Notes under the pieces: model-generated
Told to the model about the DNA's origin: nothing
The model's input: only the letters and a program-made list of their open reading frames with translations
Database searches by the model: none
DNA from: Catajapyx aquilonaris
Lineage: Eukaryota
NCBI GenBank assembly: GCA_000934665.2
Contig: KZ538047.1
Span: forward strand, 62,001 to 126,000
Direction: 5' to 3'
DNA: 64,000 bases
Part shown: positions 1 through 14,600 of the stretch, in pieces
Layout of the letters: each line of letters starts with the position of its first letter
How positions within the stretch are numbered: position 1 is the stretch's first letter
Program-made: the position numbers and the translations under genes

Positions 1-3000
1 ACAACAACAGTGTAAAATATATTTTTTAAAAATGTAATTCTCCTACAGGTGCGGTAGGCAAAGTTTCGCTGTCATCAAGCATAGAGCGCAAACAGTCATT
101 TTATTCATGCGTCTCTTTTGATGCAGAAAACCCGGCACACTATGAAATTACAGAAAACAGGGTTGAAACCGCGATTTAGTGGATTGCAAAATGTGTGGCT
201 ACCAGCCCTTTGCACAATGTAAACTAATACTGGCAGGCGAGTAAACTAGGATTTGTTAAGCCTAGCAAAACCCTCTTTTGAACATACATTATGTATAGGC
301 CTATATGATACAATGCTATGCATGCTATTTACATATAGGACTTTTTCCCATTTTTATGCATACGGTCTTGTTTGCTGGTAGCATTAGTCTGTAGCGTTAA
401 ATCAAAGGGCCTGTGTCAATATGCTACACACTGTACCACATTGAAAATCAAATTTTTGTTGTACTGCAACTGGAAAGAACGATATTCAGTGCTTCACAAT
501 ACGAAGCCGCATGTAACTAATCAGATAGACCCGAATTAATTTTTGTGGGTTATATTATGGAAGGTATGTAATCCCATTAGTAGTAAATTTATATAGTACA
601 GGAAAATAGCTATGCACATTGGTTTTATCGTATCATCTCTAATTTCACAGGCACCAGATAGTATGCCAAGAGGAATTTTTTATATGACAATCAGGCCTCA
701 TTCATGATTTTATTCCGACATCTCACTAATTGCAACGTATGCATGGTCTCTTGCATGGTCTGGAGCTACACCAATTGGTTATCTGGAATAAAATCAGTAA
801 CCAAGAACAGTGGATTTGTGGTAATAGCAAGTGGGTCAATTGAATGCAACTTCAGTGGTACAGTATTAATACAATTATTAGTGTTTTAGCCTGAAGCCTT
901 AATCCACTTATCTATGAGAACTACTATGGTTTGAGACAGAACAATGGGCACAACCCGAAGAATATCCATTACCTATATTTGGAGGAGCATAGGGCATCGC
1001 AGCCCTTGTGTGTAGAGCAGGTTTCTCCGTTTGGTATTCTCTGGCTTCAAATATTACCTCGATGTAATTCTACCCGTGCAAATAATACGCCTTTGAAATT
1101 GCTCAGTAAGACATGTTGCATACAAGTGGAACATGGAATTAGCATATGCAGTATAACTGTACGAGTTTAAATATTTTGCCTTAAGGAAGTCGATACGTGT
1201 ATGTTGGTGGATAGCTCATATAATTACTTCTTGTCCAAGCTTTTGTTTCCTGGTGAAACACCTGTCACTAACCGAAAGCACTCACACTTGTCTCTCTTTT
1301 TGGCAAACCAATGACGTTCACTTCAACGAGAAGACAGCCTAATTTTTCAACAGGAAATTAGATGCGAGTTTAAACAAGTTCTTCCTAAGCACCATTTTAG
1401 CACCAGTCCGAGGAAATTCCGTCTCCATAATAAATTCAGATGTGAAAGTTTGAACTTGAAGTAGTAGAAGCGGCCATCACAGCCTGCGCCAAGCCTCCTT
1501 TCGACTTGGTCCACATAACTCGACCGGCAATGGAGCACGTATTGTTTTCGTGATTACAACTCATTTGCAAGTAGAGTTGGAGTTTGAAATTCGCCTCGGC
1601 AACGCTAACAAGTCGGTCGGGATTAGGACACGGGGCCGTATAAGAAGGACCGGTTTTCTCTCTCGAAATATGCAGACGCGAGCAATGCCCATCCCGACGC
1701 CTCCGACGACGACGACGCCCTTTTACTCCTCCAAATAAGGATCTTCTCAAACGGCTTTTGGCCCTTTCCCTTTGTCTATATGCGACGAAAGCTGTTTCTT
1801 CCGAAAAAGAAACTCGACGTTGCTAAAATCCCAGCGATTCCAAACACCCCCTCAACTAGCACCGCAGACTAATTGATTTAATAAATGTCTGCGGAATATG
1901 GCGCCAGGGAAGAAGCTGTGTCACGATCTATACCAGACAAGGAAGAAGCCTATAGGGACTCATTACATCACTTGTGTCACCAAGTGATGGTGTTACAAAT
2001 ACAGTGCCGAATGTGGCTCAGTTGATCTGAGGCACAAGTTGTAAATTTAACGGGCTTTTTTTGCAATTTTTAAATAGTCAAACGTAATCAAAATGTACGC
2101 AACGGAAGGAAAATATTGCGGACCGACGTTCATGTGACATTTTGGTTCATTTAATTTTTAAAGGCTATCCGAGTCCGTCCATACCAACTTTGTAATGAAA
2201 ACTGAATTGAGCGTAAAACTAACAGTAACTTTGCTGTTTTACACTTAAAAAAAAGGCGGTATCCGAGCCAAACTCATGCGTAATTTCGAAGCTCGATAAT
2301 TTATTTCTACGCACATCCATTTCTTGGTGTGTGTACTCACCCTGTTGACGTTCCGAGTTTTCAAAGTTGCAGCGGAGTTCTGTCTGGAAAGATCTACAGC
2401 ATCGGAGACGTAAATTCCAGACAAAAGCAATGGGGCTTGCCAGAGAAGCGGAGTGCTTTGGGGAAATGCGTGTGTAAAGGAAAGGGCACAGGCAGAGCCA
2501 GCAGAGCTTAGGTACACACCATGTTCTATATGTAGTGCAAGCCTTCCCAACACGCCAGTGGCAGCAAGTGAATGGGACCTATACAAGAACCCTTACTGGG
2601 GGATAACGCTTTTATGTAGACCCCCCCTTGATATGATTGTGTAGGCACAAATTCTCCCGAGTCACTCCTCTCAACTCGGTCCAATTCAATTTTAGAAAAG
2701 CAGGTGGTGGTTCAGCCAGCCCCCCCGACCCCCACCTCCTTTTTGTCCCCATGGTCTGAACTATAGGGAAATACCACCATTCTAATAAAGTGCTCCTGGC
2801 ATTACCGGGGGTTATTCTCGGATTAGGAGGCGGTCAAAAGTAATTTAGTAAGAGCACGCGTCAATTTGGGCATATAAATTGCACTTGAATTTTATTAGTT
2901 AGGCGCAGAGTGAGTAAAGTAAAAAAAAATGCTTATTTTGTTTGGACCGAAACTTGTTGAATAACTGCATGACCTTTCTGCAACTATATGAAAGTTTCTC

Positions 3001-6000
3001 TCCGGTTTTTAAGTGAAGGGTGTTGGCACAGCTGATATGACGTCAATTGAAAGCTGAGCTGCAGCGATATAACAGGGGGGCTTGCTTAATTACGGTCCAA
3101 AATTTTAAAAGCAGTTGACGGTGCAGTTTAGGTATTTGCCAAGAAAGTGCAAGAGAGCTGACGTGATAATTACAGAGATTAATGTAGCTCGCATGCTTGG
3201 CGAAAATGTAGCTATTTGTGTGGAAATGGGAGGCAACCGCAGCTTGTAGCCAGGCCAGTATTTTATAATATAAAAGGGGCTGGGGGTAAATGCAATCAGC
3301 TAGGGAACAGATAGGAGAGGAAAGAGAAAAACGAGTGCAGTGTGAAACCGTTTAGGATTCCCCTTGAGACCGACCTGACAAAGGCGCAAACAAGAGAATG
3401 TTCTATTCCATGCAAGCTCGGAAGCTGAACTCGAGCAAACACTACCGTACTATAGGAGACTCAACTGATTTAATCACTTTAAAGGAGAACCTCTCTCCGT
3501 TGAACGACCTCAGCCCTTCGCATATATCAAGTAAATTAAATCCCATGGCTGCGCAGGGAAACCGTGTGTAAGAGACGGATGAGGACATTAATTCCCTAAA
3601 AATGAGTGGACAAACCATGAAAGATGGAGACAATAACTCAATTTCCGACCTGCCGCTGATATTGCTTTTGTGATCTTACTCGGGGAGAAGGCGGGAGAAT
3701 CTCGTTACCAAAAGGGGAGGCCCTTGTTCAAAGTGGGATAAAAATCCTTATCGGTAATAGTGCACCTTGATGCCGCAGCTTGTCTATAGTATAATAGCCC
3801 CATTTATACACTATAGTTGCCCATCCCCCAAATCTACCCGGGAGCAACACTCTTGACGTGGATGCGGGTTTAACAAGGGGATAGGCCGTTTCGTTCTCAT
3901 CATCATCGAGGAATCCTGTGTTGTGTACAAGTACCCTCTGTCATGTTGTTGCGAGTACTTGATGGACACAGAAGTTATGCGATGATTGCTTATAGAGGCA
4001 ACAGAACAACTAACAGGGTACACAAAGTATTAGGGAAGTTACATATTCCTTCTAGCTTTAATAGACTGTACACAACAACTTAGAGTGCTAAGTCAAGTGA
4101 TTAGGCTCATAATTATGAATAAGCAAGGAGAGAGGTGCAATTTACAGTAAGATTAGGGCTGCATTACGTAGGGTATACAGGGTGGTACAGTATACACTGT
4201 TCCAGTTATTATGATTAATACTCAACAACCATTTGAAAGAGAGGAGCAATAATCATCCTAACATTAATATTCCTGGAGCTTTTGTGGTTACGTTTGCCAA
4301 ATGTATTTTTGGCGCATAGTAGGCCTACGTGTGTTATTTACCAAGTGAAACCGTGACTCTGCTACTTGCCACGGTTAATTACTGTATATACATGAGGGTA
4401 TATTTACCTCTTGTTTTCCGCCTAAGGCCTGTAAGGAAAGTAACTCAAATACAAAAATTATTATAGTGCTCCAGCACACTATTTAGTAGTAGCGCTACTC
4501 CCTTGGCAAGAAGCCTAATTTCGCGTATTGTTTTGAAAACGAGAATATTCAGTCCTATATGAGAAATGCGCCTCTTGGCAGTAATCCATTATTGTGCTAA
4601 AAGTTGGGAACTAATCAGAAATTAACACCAGAAAGGTGTGCCGAAACTGAGCCGCTAATCTACCTGCGCCAAAGGCGTCAGCCACTGCACAGTGTGCACT
4701 ATGAAATTTCTGTTTTTGGTCTTGTGAACTCGGATTTATTTACATAAGAGGAAACAATTTATGAAATTACATGGGAAAGTGTTTGCAATCCAACATATTG
4801 TGCCGTGCGTTTAGAGGCTGATGGGATTAATATTTTTTAATGCGTTCATTAGACCTATAGTGTAGACCTTTGGAGTATATTCTTTCAACTGCTGCCTCTT
4901 GTTTGATTTTAGCAGCAGCGGTGCCAGTCTCTAAGGTGAAGTTGAGCAATAGTGTGTCCAAAGTCTGAGAGAGACGACGAAGAGCGTTGTAGCATCAGAG
5001 AACGCCATCTGAGCCTTTCCCCCGGCTTTCAATTTCGATTGAGCGATGTTTACCTTTCTGAGGTGCGCTGCTGCTGGGGGCCCTGGTCCTCCTGGACTCC
5101 TTTCCTTTCCCTTGTAATTCGGTCTCCTAAACCACCTCAGCCTCACAAGGATTTTCCAACCATTTCTCTTCTCTTCTCCCACGATACTCTACACCCCCGC
5201 CCCTTGGATGCAAGGCCCAGAAATTCACTTAACGTCGTCGCCAGATTATATAAGGTTTCAAATGGGAATCCGGATTATACGGAATGCTTGCCGTACACAA
5301 CTATTGGAATTACCTCGCCGTCTCAAGTTGCACATTTGGCAAGCATGCTGCTGTTGGAACGTAGCAGATGCCGCAGGAAGGCCCTCTCCAGTTACCATGT
5401 CCTTTAGCATTCATTTCTGAGGAATATTTTGATCGCATTATCCGTCTGCTTGCTAGAGGGGCCGCCTTGCATAGTAATTGCGATGTTGGATGGTAATCAG
5501 TCTCGGAATAGCGAGGATTTTAACGTGCCTTCCTGCGCACTAGGATATTCGCAACTGATTATGCCATTTGGTTTATGGTTTCGCACTAATAGCGGCGTGT
5601 ATTAATGATCGTCGAATAGCTTTTTCTGCGCGACCATAAGTGCCATTCTTTGTTAATTATTATGGAGCAAAAGCTCATTACAATGTAATACAGCTTCATT
5701 GAGTGGAACCGTAATAACACCGAGTGAAATGGAAATGTTTTCAATTATTTCATTATACCTCCAAGGAAGGCGAATCTGCCCGCATTGCATAATTTTGCGG
5801 CTTTCATTATCGCATACAGTATCCTTGTAATGAAGTAAGCCAAATGTGGCACATGATTAAAGGCAAATGGTGGTAAAAACACGAGACGTATATCCCTTCT
5901 CATATTATATAACACTGAAGCAAAATGACATCCTACATTTTTTGACACCTGATAATTCATTGGGTATTCCGTATAAATAACCATCTTGTTGATTGGACAT

Positions 6001-8553
6001 CAGTAAAAATAATTATTCGAGGAATATTCAACAAAAAGGGATCTGGATTAATACCAGGCATGTTATTAACGTTATCACCATCCCGTTCCAAAGGGCTCTC
6101 AATTCATCTTTTTCTCGTATTTAGATGCTTATTCAGTAGAAAATTCGCAGAGGGGACCTCATTTATTATTCGACTTGTATTTCCTTTTCCTCCTCTTCCC
6201 TCAGCAACGATCCTTTGATCCTGGCGCCGCTTATATATTTTTTCTTATACTATACCTCTTCCCAATTTTCTTCTCGAGGGATGCATCCTTTTGATTCTTT
6301 TCTATGTTTAGCAAGGATCGGGTTGGCTACATTTTGACTGCTTTTCTGGCATGAGTTACAGACAACTATAGAAATTACTGCGACCAACATCTCTCTCGGT
6401 CGATGAACTATGCCTGAAAGCTATTTTTTTTTCCACGCCGTCAGCAGGTATAGGCTATACACCACAGTTGAAAAGAGGAAGCTGTGAGGTTCTATTCAGG
6501 AATTTCTAAACATGTGGCTGACAGACTGTTTGGTCTTTAAACACCAACCGCATATACATTGAATTAACACGACTTTTAGCATCTCTTATTACGTGTCTGC
6601 TGATGGCACATAAACGGGGTATAGCAATAATAATAACCATTTTTTTGGAAGCCATTTGGAAAATGCATTTCTCCATTAGAGTTATGGAGAGAGGTTTAGC
6701 CAGAAATGAAGGCAGACCTCTGCACTTCCCCCCCTCCCTCCCTTCAAAGTCGTAATAGTTACAGCCCGCAATATTCGATGAGTTTATCGTCTACCCTCAA
6801 AGTTCTGGTGGACGGGCTAAACTGGGCGAAGTTCCCTTTTAGCCATAAAAAGAAAAGCATAACAGTTGGAGAAAAAGGAGGGGCGGGGGGAGGAGGGTGA
6901 GATAAAAAGACGCACATATTGTCTGCCAGACGGAAGCGGAGATCTTGCTATTTACATGCAAGGATATCTTTCCCTCGACGGCCGATTTTTTGCCGTCTGG
7001 CACCTCTCGTGTCGGAAGAATTTGGGGAGGATTTAAGGCTCCTTTTTTCCCCCGGTTCGGTAGCCGGAATAGTAAAAGAAAAAAATATGACGGAAGACTG
7101 GATTTATGTTGGTGGACAGCGATTGCCGGAATCAGTCTTTCAATCATTCTGCCTGTAAATCCTTCCGTCTGCACAATACTATCCATAGCAAGAAAGAGTG
7201 GCAGTGAGACGACTTTTGCGGTTGGGACCAGTTTTGAAAATGATTGTCATTTTTGAAATGTCCCGAACGGAAAAAAAACAGTGGCGGTGGAAAGATGAGG
7301 ACAAAGTCTTTTCGTATTATTCATGACACATCTTTTCCTAGCACCATGACGGATACCGTCGGTTCTTCTTCTCCGCGAGTCAATTCCTTCGTGAGGTTTT
7401 TTTTTTGGCAGGGAAGGAAAGTTAAACAAGTCTGACAAGAGTACGCTCGTGTTACCGTGTCGCTTTTTGTGCTCGAGTGATCCAAAAAGAACAATAAAAA
7501 AAAGGTTTTCCACCCTGCAGACTATAATTGAGGACGGGAAATTCAAAAGGGACTCCATTTCATTAATTTGACAAGCTGTGGTATATACTGGGTAGGTCAT
7601 TGCCTTCTATTTTAAATAGATCAAAAGGCACATTTATATATGCCTACCTTTTATCACCACCGCATAGCACCACAGCCACCCATGGTTTTATATCATACAT
7701 GAGCTGAATAGACTTTTCATTCATTATTAAAATGCGCTGCATTGTTTCATTCAGGAACTGACCCACATTAATTAATGCCAATAAAGCAGTATCACGCCCA
7801 ATGCATGAAAATTGTGATGTACGGTATTATATCAGTAATTAATATAATTCTTCTTGTCCCTCAGGTTTTGAGCATCCCACCTTAATAATTCCCCCCCGCC
7901 AAGCAGCGACTATTACAATGATTAATTAATGCAATTTTAGCACAAACTTTAGCTTGTATAGTGCATTGTAAGAGGGTTTCACATGCCGCAAACGTTCAGA
8001 GCCATCTTCCTCGGTGCTGCATTTCCTTTTGCATGGGTGAGCTGCTTTCAGAGTAATAATCTTGAACGCTTCCTAGTAGTCGGTTGGTGGCATGCTGGGG
8101 AATCCCCGTGTTCAAATACCACACAATGCGGATGAGATGGGTCAGCAGCGAAACTCTATTGGTAAGGGAGCTGCGGGCGAGTAAAGTAATTTTGTGAGTG
8201 AGGAATTGGATGTCTTATTCCCTCTCTTCCCCTCCTCTCTCTCTGAAGTCGGGGGGGCAAGGAGTAGAATAGAGAGATGGAGGCACACACAATCCCAGCT
8301 TCCATCCTACCTCTCCCCATTGAAAAGTTGGGCCTGGGTAGAGTGGGAAGTGAGCTGAAAACCGAAGGGGTTTTTCTGTTCGATCCGGGCAGAAACCCTC
8401 CGGCCAATCAGAGACTGGCACAGCATCCCCAGCTCCAGCAGCAGAGACAGGACCCCCTTCGGCAATCCCCAAGATTGTCCTACTACTACTGCACCCCTTT
8501 TCCTTCACCTATATATACCACCACCATATCCTCAAGCTCTTCTTCTTCTCACC

Positions 8554-8635
8554 ATGCCCGTCCGTCGCCTTTGCTTCTTTGCACTGGCGACTTTCATTTC
8601 AGATCTGATTCCGCAGCAATTGACAAAAAATGGAG
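8554..8635 (+). CDS. Candidate first coding exon (signal peptide) of the alkaline phosphatase
   Basis: The start codon is in a caccATG context. It encodes MPVRRLCFFALATFISDLIPQQLTKNG, a basic n-region followed by a hydrophobic core. It ends at AG|GTGACA in phase 1, as the 17139 exon requires, but this donor is weak. Confidence 0.27.
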
Positions 8636-11600
8636 GTGACAAATGCCTCTGGAAGATCAGAGCCACACTTTCTGTAACATGGCGACACATGAGATAGGTT
8701 GCTGGGGGAAACAACTGTGAAACTTCTTGCTTTGAAAGTATCTTTCATGAAAATGGCTTTTTTTAAATTTTTTATCTGATCTTTTTTTTACTTGGCATTC
8801 ATAAGATACTGTGTAATAACGAGCTTTTAGCTGCAGATTTGATTCATAACGGGGGCTCCTCCTTTGTAATTGTTTATTCACGTGAGAGGAGCGATAGAAC
8901 GTGAGAAGTTTTTAGTTCCGTGATTTAGATGGCATAGCACAGGGAAATGAGGACCTGTGAAGTTTTTTTTTGTTTAAAAAAAGGTAAGATAATAATGGTT
9001 GTCTGTGTGTGGCGGTGAGTCATAGAATTCCTTTGAGCCACCGAAAAAATTAATAATTATGCATATGGCATGTAATGTGTAATTTCTATTGCTTCCCCAT
9101 TCGTACACGATGCGGCCTGGATGTGGATATACACACTGGGGGGTGTAGAGGTGGAAATGGAATTTGGGAACACAGAAAATCCAGTTTGACGTTTCAAGCG
9201 TATATAGGGAAAATGAAATTCTGCTTTTAACATCTGTTACTCGGTGTGCAGTTGTTCAGAAAATCTGGGGGGCTCGAACTATACAATTCAAAACCGCAGC
9301 AGAATGTGCCTCGCAAGGTTTGCAAAACAAAACCCTTATTCTCCTGAAGTCTCTGTGCATGTCCGGTGGAAATGCTGGCGGGTTACCCACCAATTAGGTA
9401 ATGGCATTTTGACAGTTTCCCCCTCGAAAAGCTCAACAAGCCTTGTCATCGGGAAGGATTTAATTCGGCCCTTTGTAAAATGCATCTCAAAAAGGAAAAA
9501 AAAAAGTATTTGTTTTACCTTCGATTGATGTGGATGGATCTTTTTGTGAACTCAACTAGTAGTGCATAATTGTGCTTAACTTAATCAGGCCTTATAAATT
9601 CGTGTGATGTCACTGGCACTTTATATGCACACAGATTTATTGATTTGTTTATTTTGCATATTTATTAATTAATGTGCTAAGTACATGCTAAGTACAGCCA
9701 ATGAATCGAACTGGGAACGAATGATTTTAGACGTGTTACTCCGTCACTAGATTATTTTAAAAAAATGAATTTTGGCCATTATAGTACATTATAATGGATT
9801 ATACTGCAAGTGGCATATAAAAATTTATTTTATGTCGTTATTTTCAGTCGTATTTATGACCCGACAAATAATAGCTGGTCATCATTTACATAATTAACAA
9901 GTAATTACAATGATGGAAGGATTATTAATCGCGGACATTTCTGTTAGTTTATTAAAGCACATTGGCCCATATTTACGCCACAAGTGGCGCCCCTCGAAAA
10001 ATAATCGAGCTCTATAGCGTTTAAAACTAACTGATAAACTGAAAAGGTATTATAGGTTCATACATGTGTAACACTCCATATGGGCCGAGCTTGCAATGAA
10101 ATCAAGTGCTTAATTTGGAACATATGCACTATATTTTAATGCCCGCTGATTAGAGCCAAAGTTCATTGCTTGTTATAAAACATGGACCCCCTAATTTCAT
10201 TAAATGGGATTGGTGGTGCCAAAACAATCAACGCTCGCTTGTAAATTACCCACGAAATTAACTCCAAAAAATTATAGAATGCAGTGAAAAGCGAAAAACA
10301 TGGTTTGAAAATACTATGCCTATGCAGATGACACTATCTTTGCTTAGAAATCAGCTGGGATTTGCAGGCTTAAACTATAGCGATGAGATGTTTCGACGCG
10401 CAAAAATTAGAGGCCGGTTAGTTTTGTGCCCTGCAAAAAGTGCCTGGTTTAGAGCAATTTATTTTGGCCGCCACCAGATTGAACGCGAAGTTTTACGAGC
10501 ATGAAGACTCTTTCGTAACCCGATGCAGGTGGCAGCATGGGACTGTTTGCCAGGAAAAAATGTCAATTATGCCCTTCATTTGTCCCTTTCCCTTGCACGC
10601 GTCTATGGCCGGGGGGGAAATTTTGCGGGGGAAATAAAAATATACGTGCTGTAATCAAATTCAGGCGTTAAAACCCTGTGTCCAAAGGATGCCCCGCCCG
10701 CTATATATTTTCTGTTATTCGTCAGCTTCAGTCCGACATAATGATGCAAAACGCTCGGTTCAACGCTATTATTCAACAGGGGAGGCCGATATTAAAGAAC
10801 AATGGGGAATTTACCCAATTTTTTTATTGACATATGGTAATGATTTGCTGCAAGAGCAAGTTTATTAACCATTTAGTGCTAATTTGTTTGCCACATGGCA
10901 GCCAGAATTACACATGACTTCCATTCTGCTGAGCCATGGATAATTTGGCCGCGCTTGTGAAGTAGTGGCCAGAAGATATCTTTCCTGTTTACGGATGATT
11001 TAACGCGCCTGTGAAAAATATATATTTTCACTAGTATATAACAGAATATTTATGCATCCTGCTCGGTAAAGCATCCGTTGGCAAGTCACATACATTAAGC
11101 AAGCGTTTTTAACCTGTCAATATGATTAATAGTGTCAATTCCGCTTGCAGTGATTCGTGGCTAAACCAATTAATCGTAACCAGTATCGTGGGAAACCAAA
11201 CGCTGCGCTTGGGGGATATCACCGGATATACACACAAGGCTATATATCGCAATTTCTTCCAAATCAGCAGCCCCGACCTTTCACCAAAAAAAAAGTTAGA
11301 AGGAAAAAAAAATAAGTTGGGGGGGTGTCGATGGAATTGTCGGCCTCCAAGATCGAATGTGACTGGCTTGATAAATGATAGGAACCTTATGATCCATATC
11401 TTGCCAGGAGCTATTATTGTCCGGTCCTTTTGAAAGGAGGGCGGTCGAGGTAGTGGGTCCTATAGTGCTGGCTCTCCCAAAAAAAGAGAGGAGATCGCTT
11501 TCTGAACAAGTGACCGGGACCTTCGATTTTTCAAGTGGAAGAATAGTCGGTCGGAGTGCTCATCCACCAGAAAAAAAAAGTACAGGGAACTGAAACAAAT

Positions 11601-14600
11601 CAGTCTCCGGGAAATTCCTGTGGGACGTATATACAACAGACGTTTAAGGCTCCCAGTGGCGGAGCTAACTGTTCTTTAGTAGTGTGTATCGGGAGATGCA
11701 GATAAGTTGGGCCTGTATATGCTGATGGCCCAGTGGTGCGGTCATCTTTCATCGTTTTCCTCAGCTAACTCCTTAATACGCTTCCCTGCGTTATTGGATT
11801 TCAATTTCGCAAGTCCCGAAAGGAACAGAAATCACGGGGGTACTCGTCCCTTCTTCTTCAAGGATTTATGCCGGCAAATTACTCGAAGCTCATGGGAGGA
11901 ACCGTCTCCCTTTTCTTGGAGAAAGACGAGAAAAAAAAGAAGAAGCTCCGCAGGTATTTATGCTCCAGCTCTCGCCTTTTGTGTCCTCCGGACATCCCTG
12001 GGTGACCCTATTTCTTTATCAGTAAGTCGTGGGGGAGACAGAGGCCCAAAGACGCAATGCTGCGAGTCAACCGCTGTTAGTTACACTGTTGGGACGTGGT
12101 GTTACAAACTTTTTGGCTAGACTCTGCAATCCTTGCTCCTTTTTCTTTTCTTTTCTAATTTGGAGACGCTTACTCTAATTGAATCCATTCGTTCCTTTTT
12201 GTAACCGACACTCCAAGCAACAATTTTATATGATTACTATTATAGGACAACGTGAAAAAAGCGACTCCTATTGTGAAGTTAACTTCATGTGGCTTCATGA
12301 GCTCAAAAGTGGCGGCAGCACATTTTTACATATCGGAAAAGTAATGGCTATAGAAAAAAATTATGAAGTTAGTGAGTGTAAAGGATGTCCGGTCTCTGCA
12401 ATTATGCTCTTTGACAATTATAGAAGCAAAAAGGCAAGGATGGATAGATATTGCCATATTTTATAAGCACACTTTTATGCGGAAGAAAGTTACCACTGAT
12501 GCATACATTATTGTTAAATAAAATCAAGCACGCTACCTTTTGAAATATTAAAATGAAATGTTAACGAGCAAGAACAAATCAGCTTCCGTTGTAATTACCA
12601 CAATGTAAATGTTTCGTTAAGTTATTTTTAATTCTGCAGGATGTCATTTCAAAAAATTCCTGCGGAAACATTGCGATTACATTATAGTATAATCAGAAAT
12701 AGCAGAGTCTACTATTATTTTGCAATAGTAATGATTCAATGTAAACTATGATATAAAACGTGCTTTTCTGGGTATGTTTCAAGTACACATTTGATATTCT
12801 GTGAGAGCAAGTGCAATAATTTGTTTGAAACAAAATCCGCTCAGCGCATGCCAAATCCCATCCAGTCTATTACGAAACCAATTTGGATATCCGCAGTAGG
12901 CCTATTAGTGATTGTGTTGTATTATTACATACACGTTGTTGATACTGCGGCTGTTGCGTGTGAGATCCTACAATCGGAATAATAAATAATGCGAATGATG
13001 GAATATTCCAGCTTGCAAATGAATTTTGGGATAAAAAGTGACTATATACAGTTCATTGCTTTTGTTTCGAAATTGGTTTCGTAGTATCGCGGGATTTGGC
13101 GAAAATTACGGCCCAGGTCCAGGTTGATTGGGACTTAAAAAGTGCCGGGGCTCTGAAAATTTGATTTTTTTTTGGTGTGTTCTTTATGACTTTATGACTT
13201 TATGAATTTCTTATCAGTAGTAATAATAGGCACGTGATTGCATTTCCATTTGCGCAAACCCGATTCATTTTTATGCAGTCGTGCCCCTTTGAGGCTCTGT
13301 ACATTCGGCCATAATAATTATTCATCATTTTCTCTCTAAATTCAAACTTAATTATTCAATCCAGTCTGCAATATACTTTGTTTTTCGCTATACTTGTACA
13401 GCCATATTATGAACACTAGAGATTATATGTTGTTTTTTAAAGTGTTGACTTTGAAAAGGCAATATGCCTATTGGGGGCCATTTATTGTAAATCTTCTTTT
13501 AATGTTATTAAACACCAATGCATGGATTGGCCTAAATTATTTCCTGCCCTATATTTACACAATTTAATCCAGGATTCAATGCGGCCAGCAAAATAAATTA
13601 CCATATCCTACATACTGGTGTGCGTTTATCGTGTGCTGTATACTACAGTTCGCAAAGCTTTATCCTGATTTTTTTTTCGCGCAGTTTGATGCCTCTAGCG
13701 TCAGTTCGATGAATCGCGATTGAAAGTGATGGACTGATTTGTTCATCGGATCATCTGCCAATGGCGCCTCACTTTGGTTTCATTTACTGGAACTAGCCAT
13801 GAATGATGTAGGCAGTTTTTTAGCTTGAAGCAGCCACGCAAATATTGCCAAGCCTTTTTGCGCCCTGCTGCAATTTGACTCTTGGCAGTAGTCCACCAGA
13901 ATGTAAATGTCCATATCTGACTCCAGGACATGCTGTCTACACTGATATGCTGCATACCATTATGGATTAATATGCAGCAGTATATTTCAAGGTGAAATTT
14001 TAAAATAACTTTCAGCCACATTTATAATATGTATTAATAACAAGACTGCAGCATTGTTGATTAAAGCTGCTAATAGATTGGTGCTAGTTTCATTGGCCGC
14101 TGGTGGAGAGTGCAAAAGACGCAGGACTCTCTAATACTGAATTCCGGAGCACGACCCTTTCTGCACGACAGACCCCAACGACGTGAGTTGAAAGTAGTGC
14201 GGTAAACTTTGTGATGTATGGTTACTGCGGAATGTGTCCCCGTCTATTATCCTGATCATTTACCAGCACTTAATTAATGAGAGTACTGTTCAGCTTCGCA
14301 CATTCGTGTACAAACGTGTGTACAAATGAAGTGCTTTAAAGCTACATCCCCACTTTTACAAAACGAGCAGGGCATGCGATTTTAATGGCAGCAGCAGGCT
14401 CCATCCAATTTATTTTAAACTACTTCTCTCTCTACTTGACAAAACATGTGGCCAATAACCAGGAATTTTACAGCAGAGCAATATATAGGTTTATTTATGC
14501 AACTACACACGAACATATATTCCACATGGCAGATGCTTTGAAAAGGCTATGTTATTGACTTGGTAATAATTATGATGCTTCTTTAATGTGCTTGAAATAA

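Noticed and set aside
11950..12027. Strong donor ca|gtaagt at 12022 as the end of the ALP leader exon
   Set aside because: The phase-1 frame needed to join exon 17139 has an in-frame TGA just upstream, and the other frames are phase-incompatible without an additional exon.
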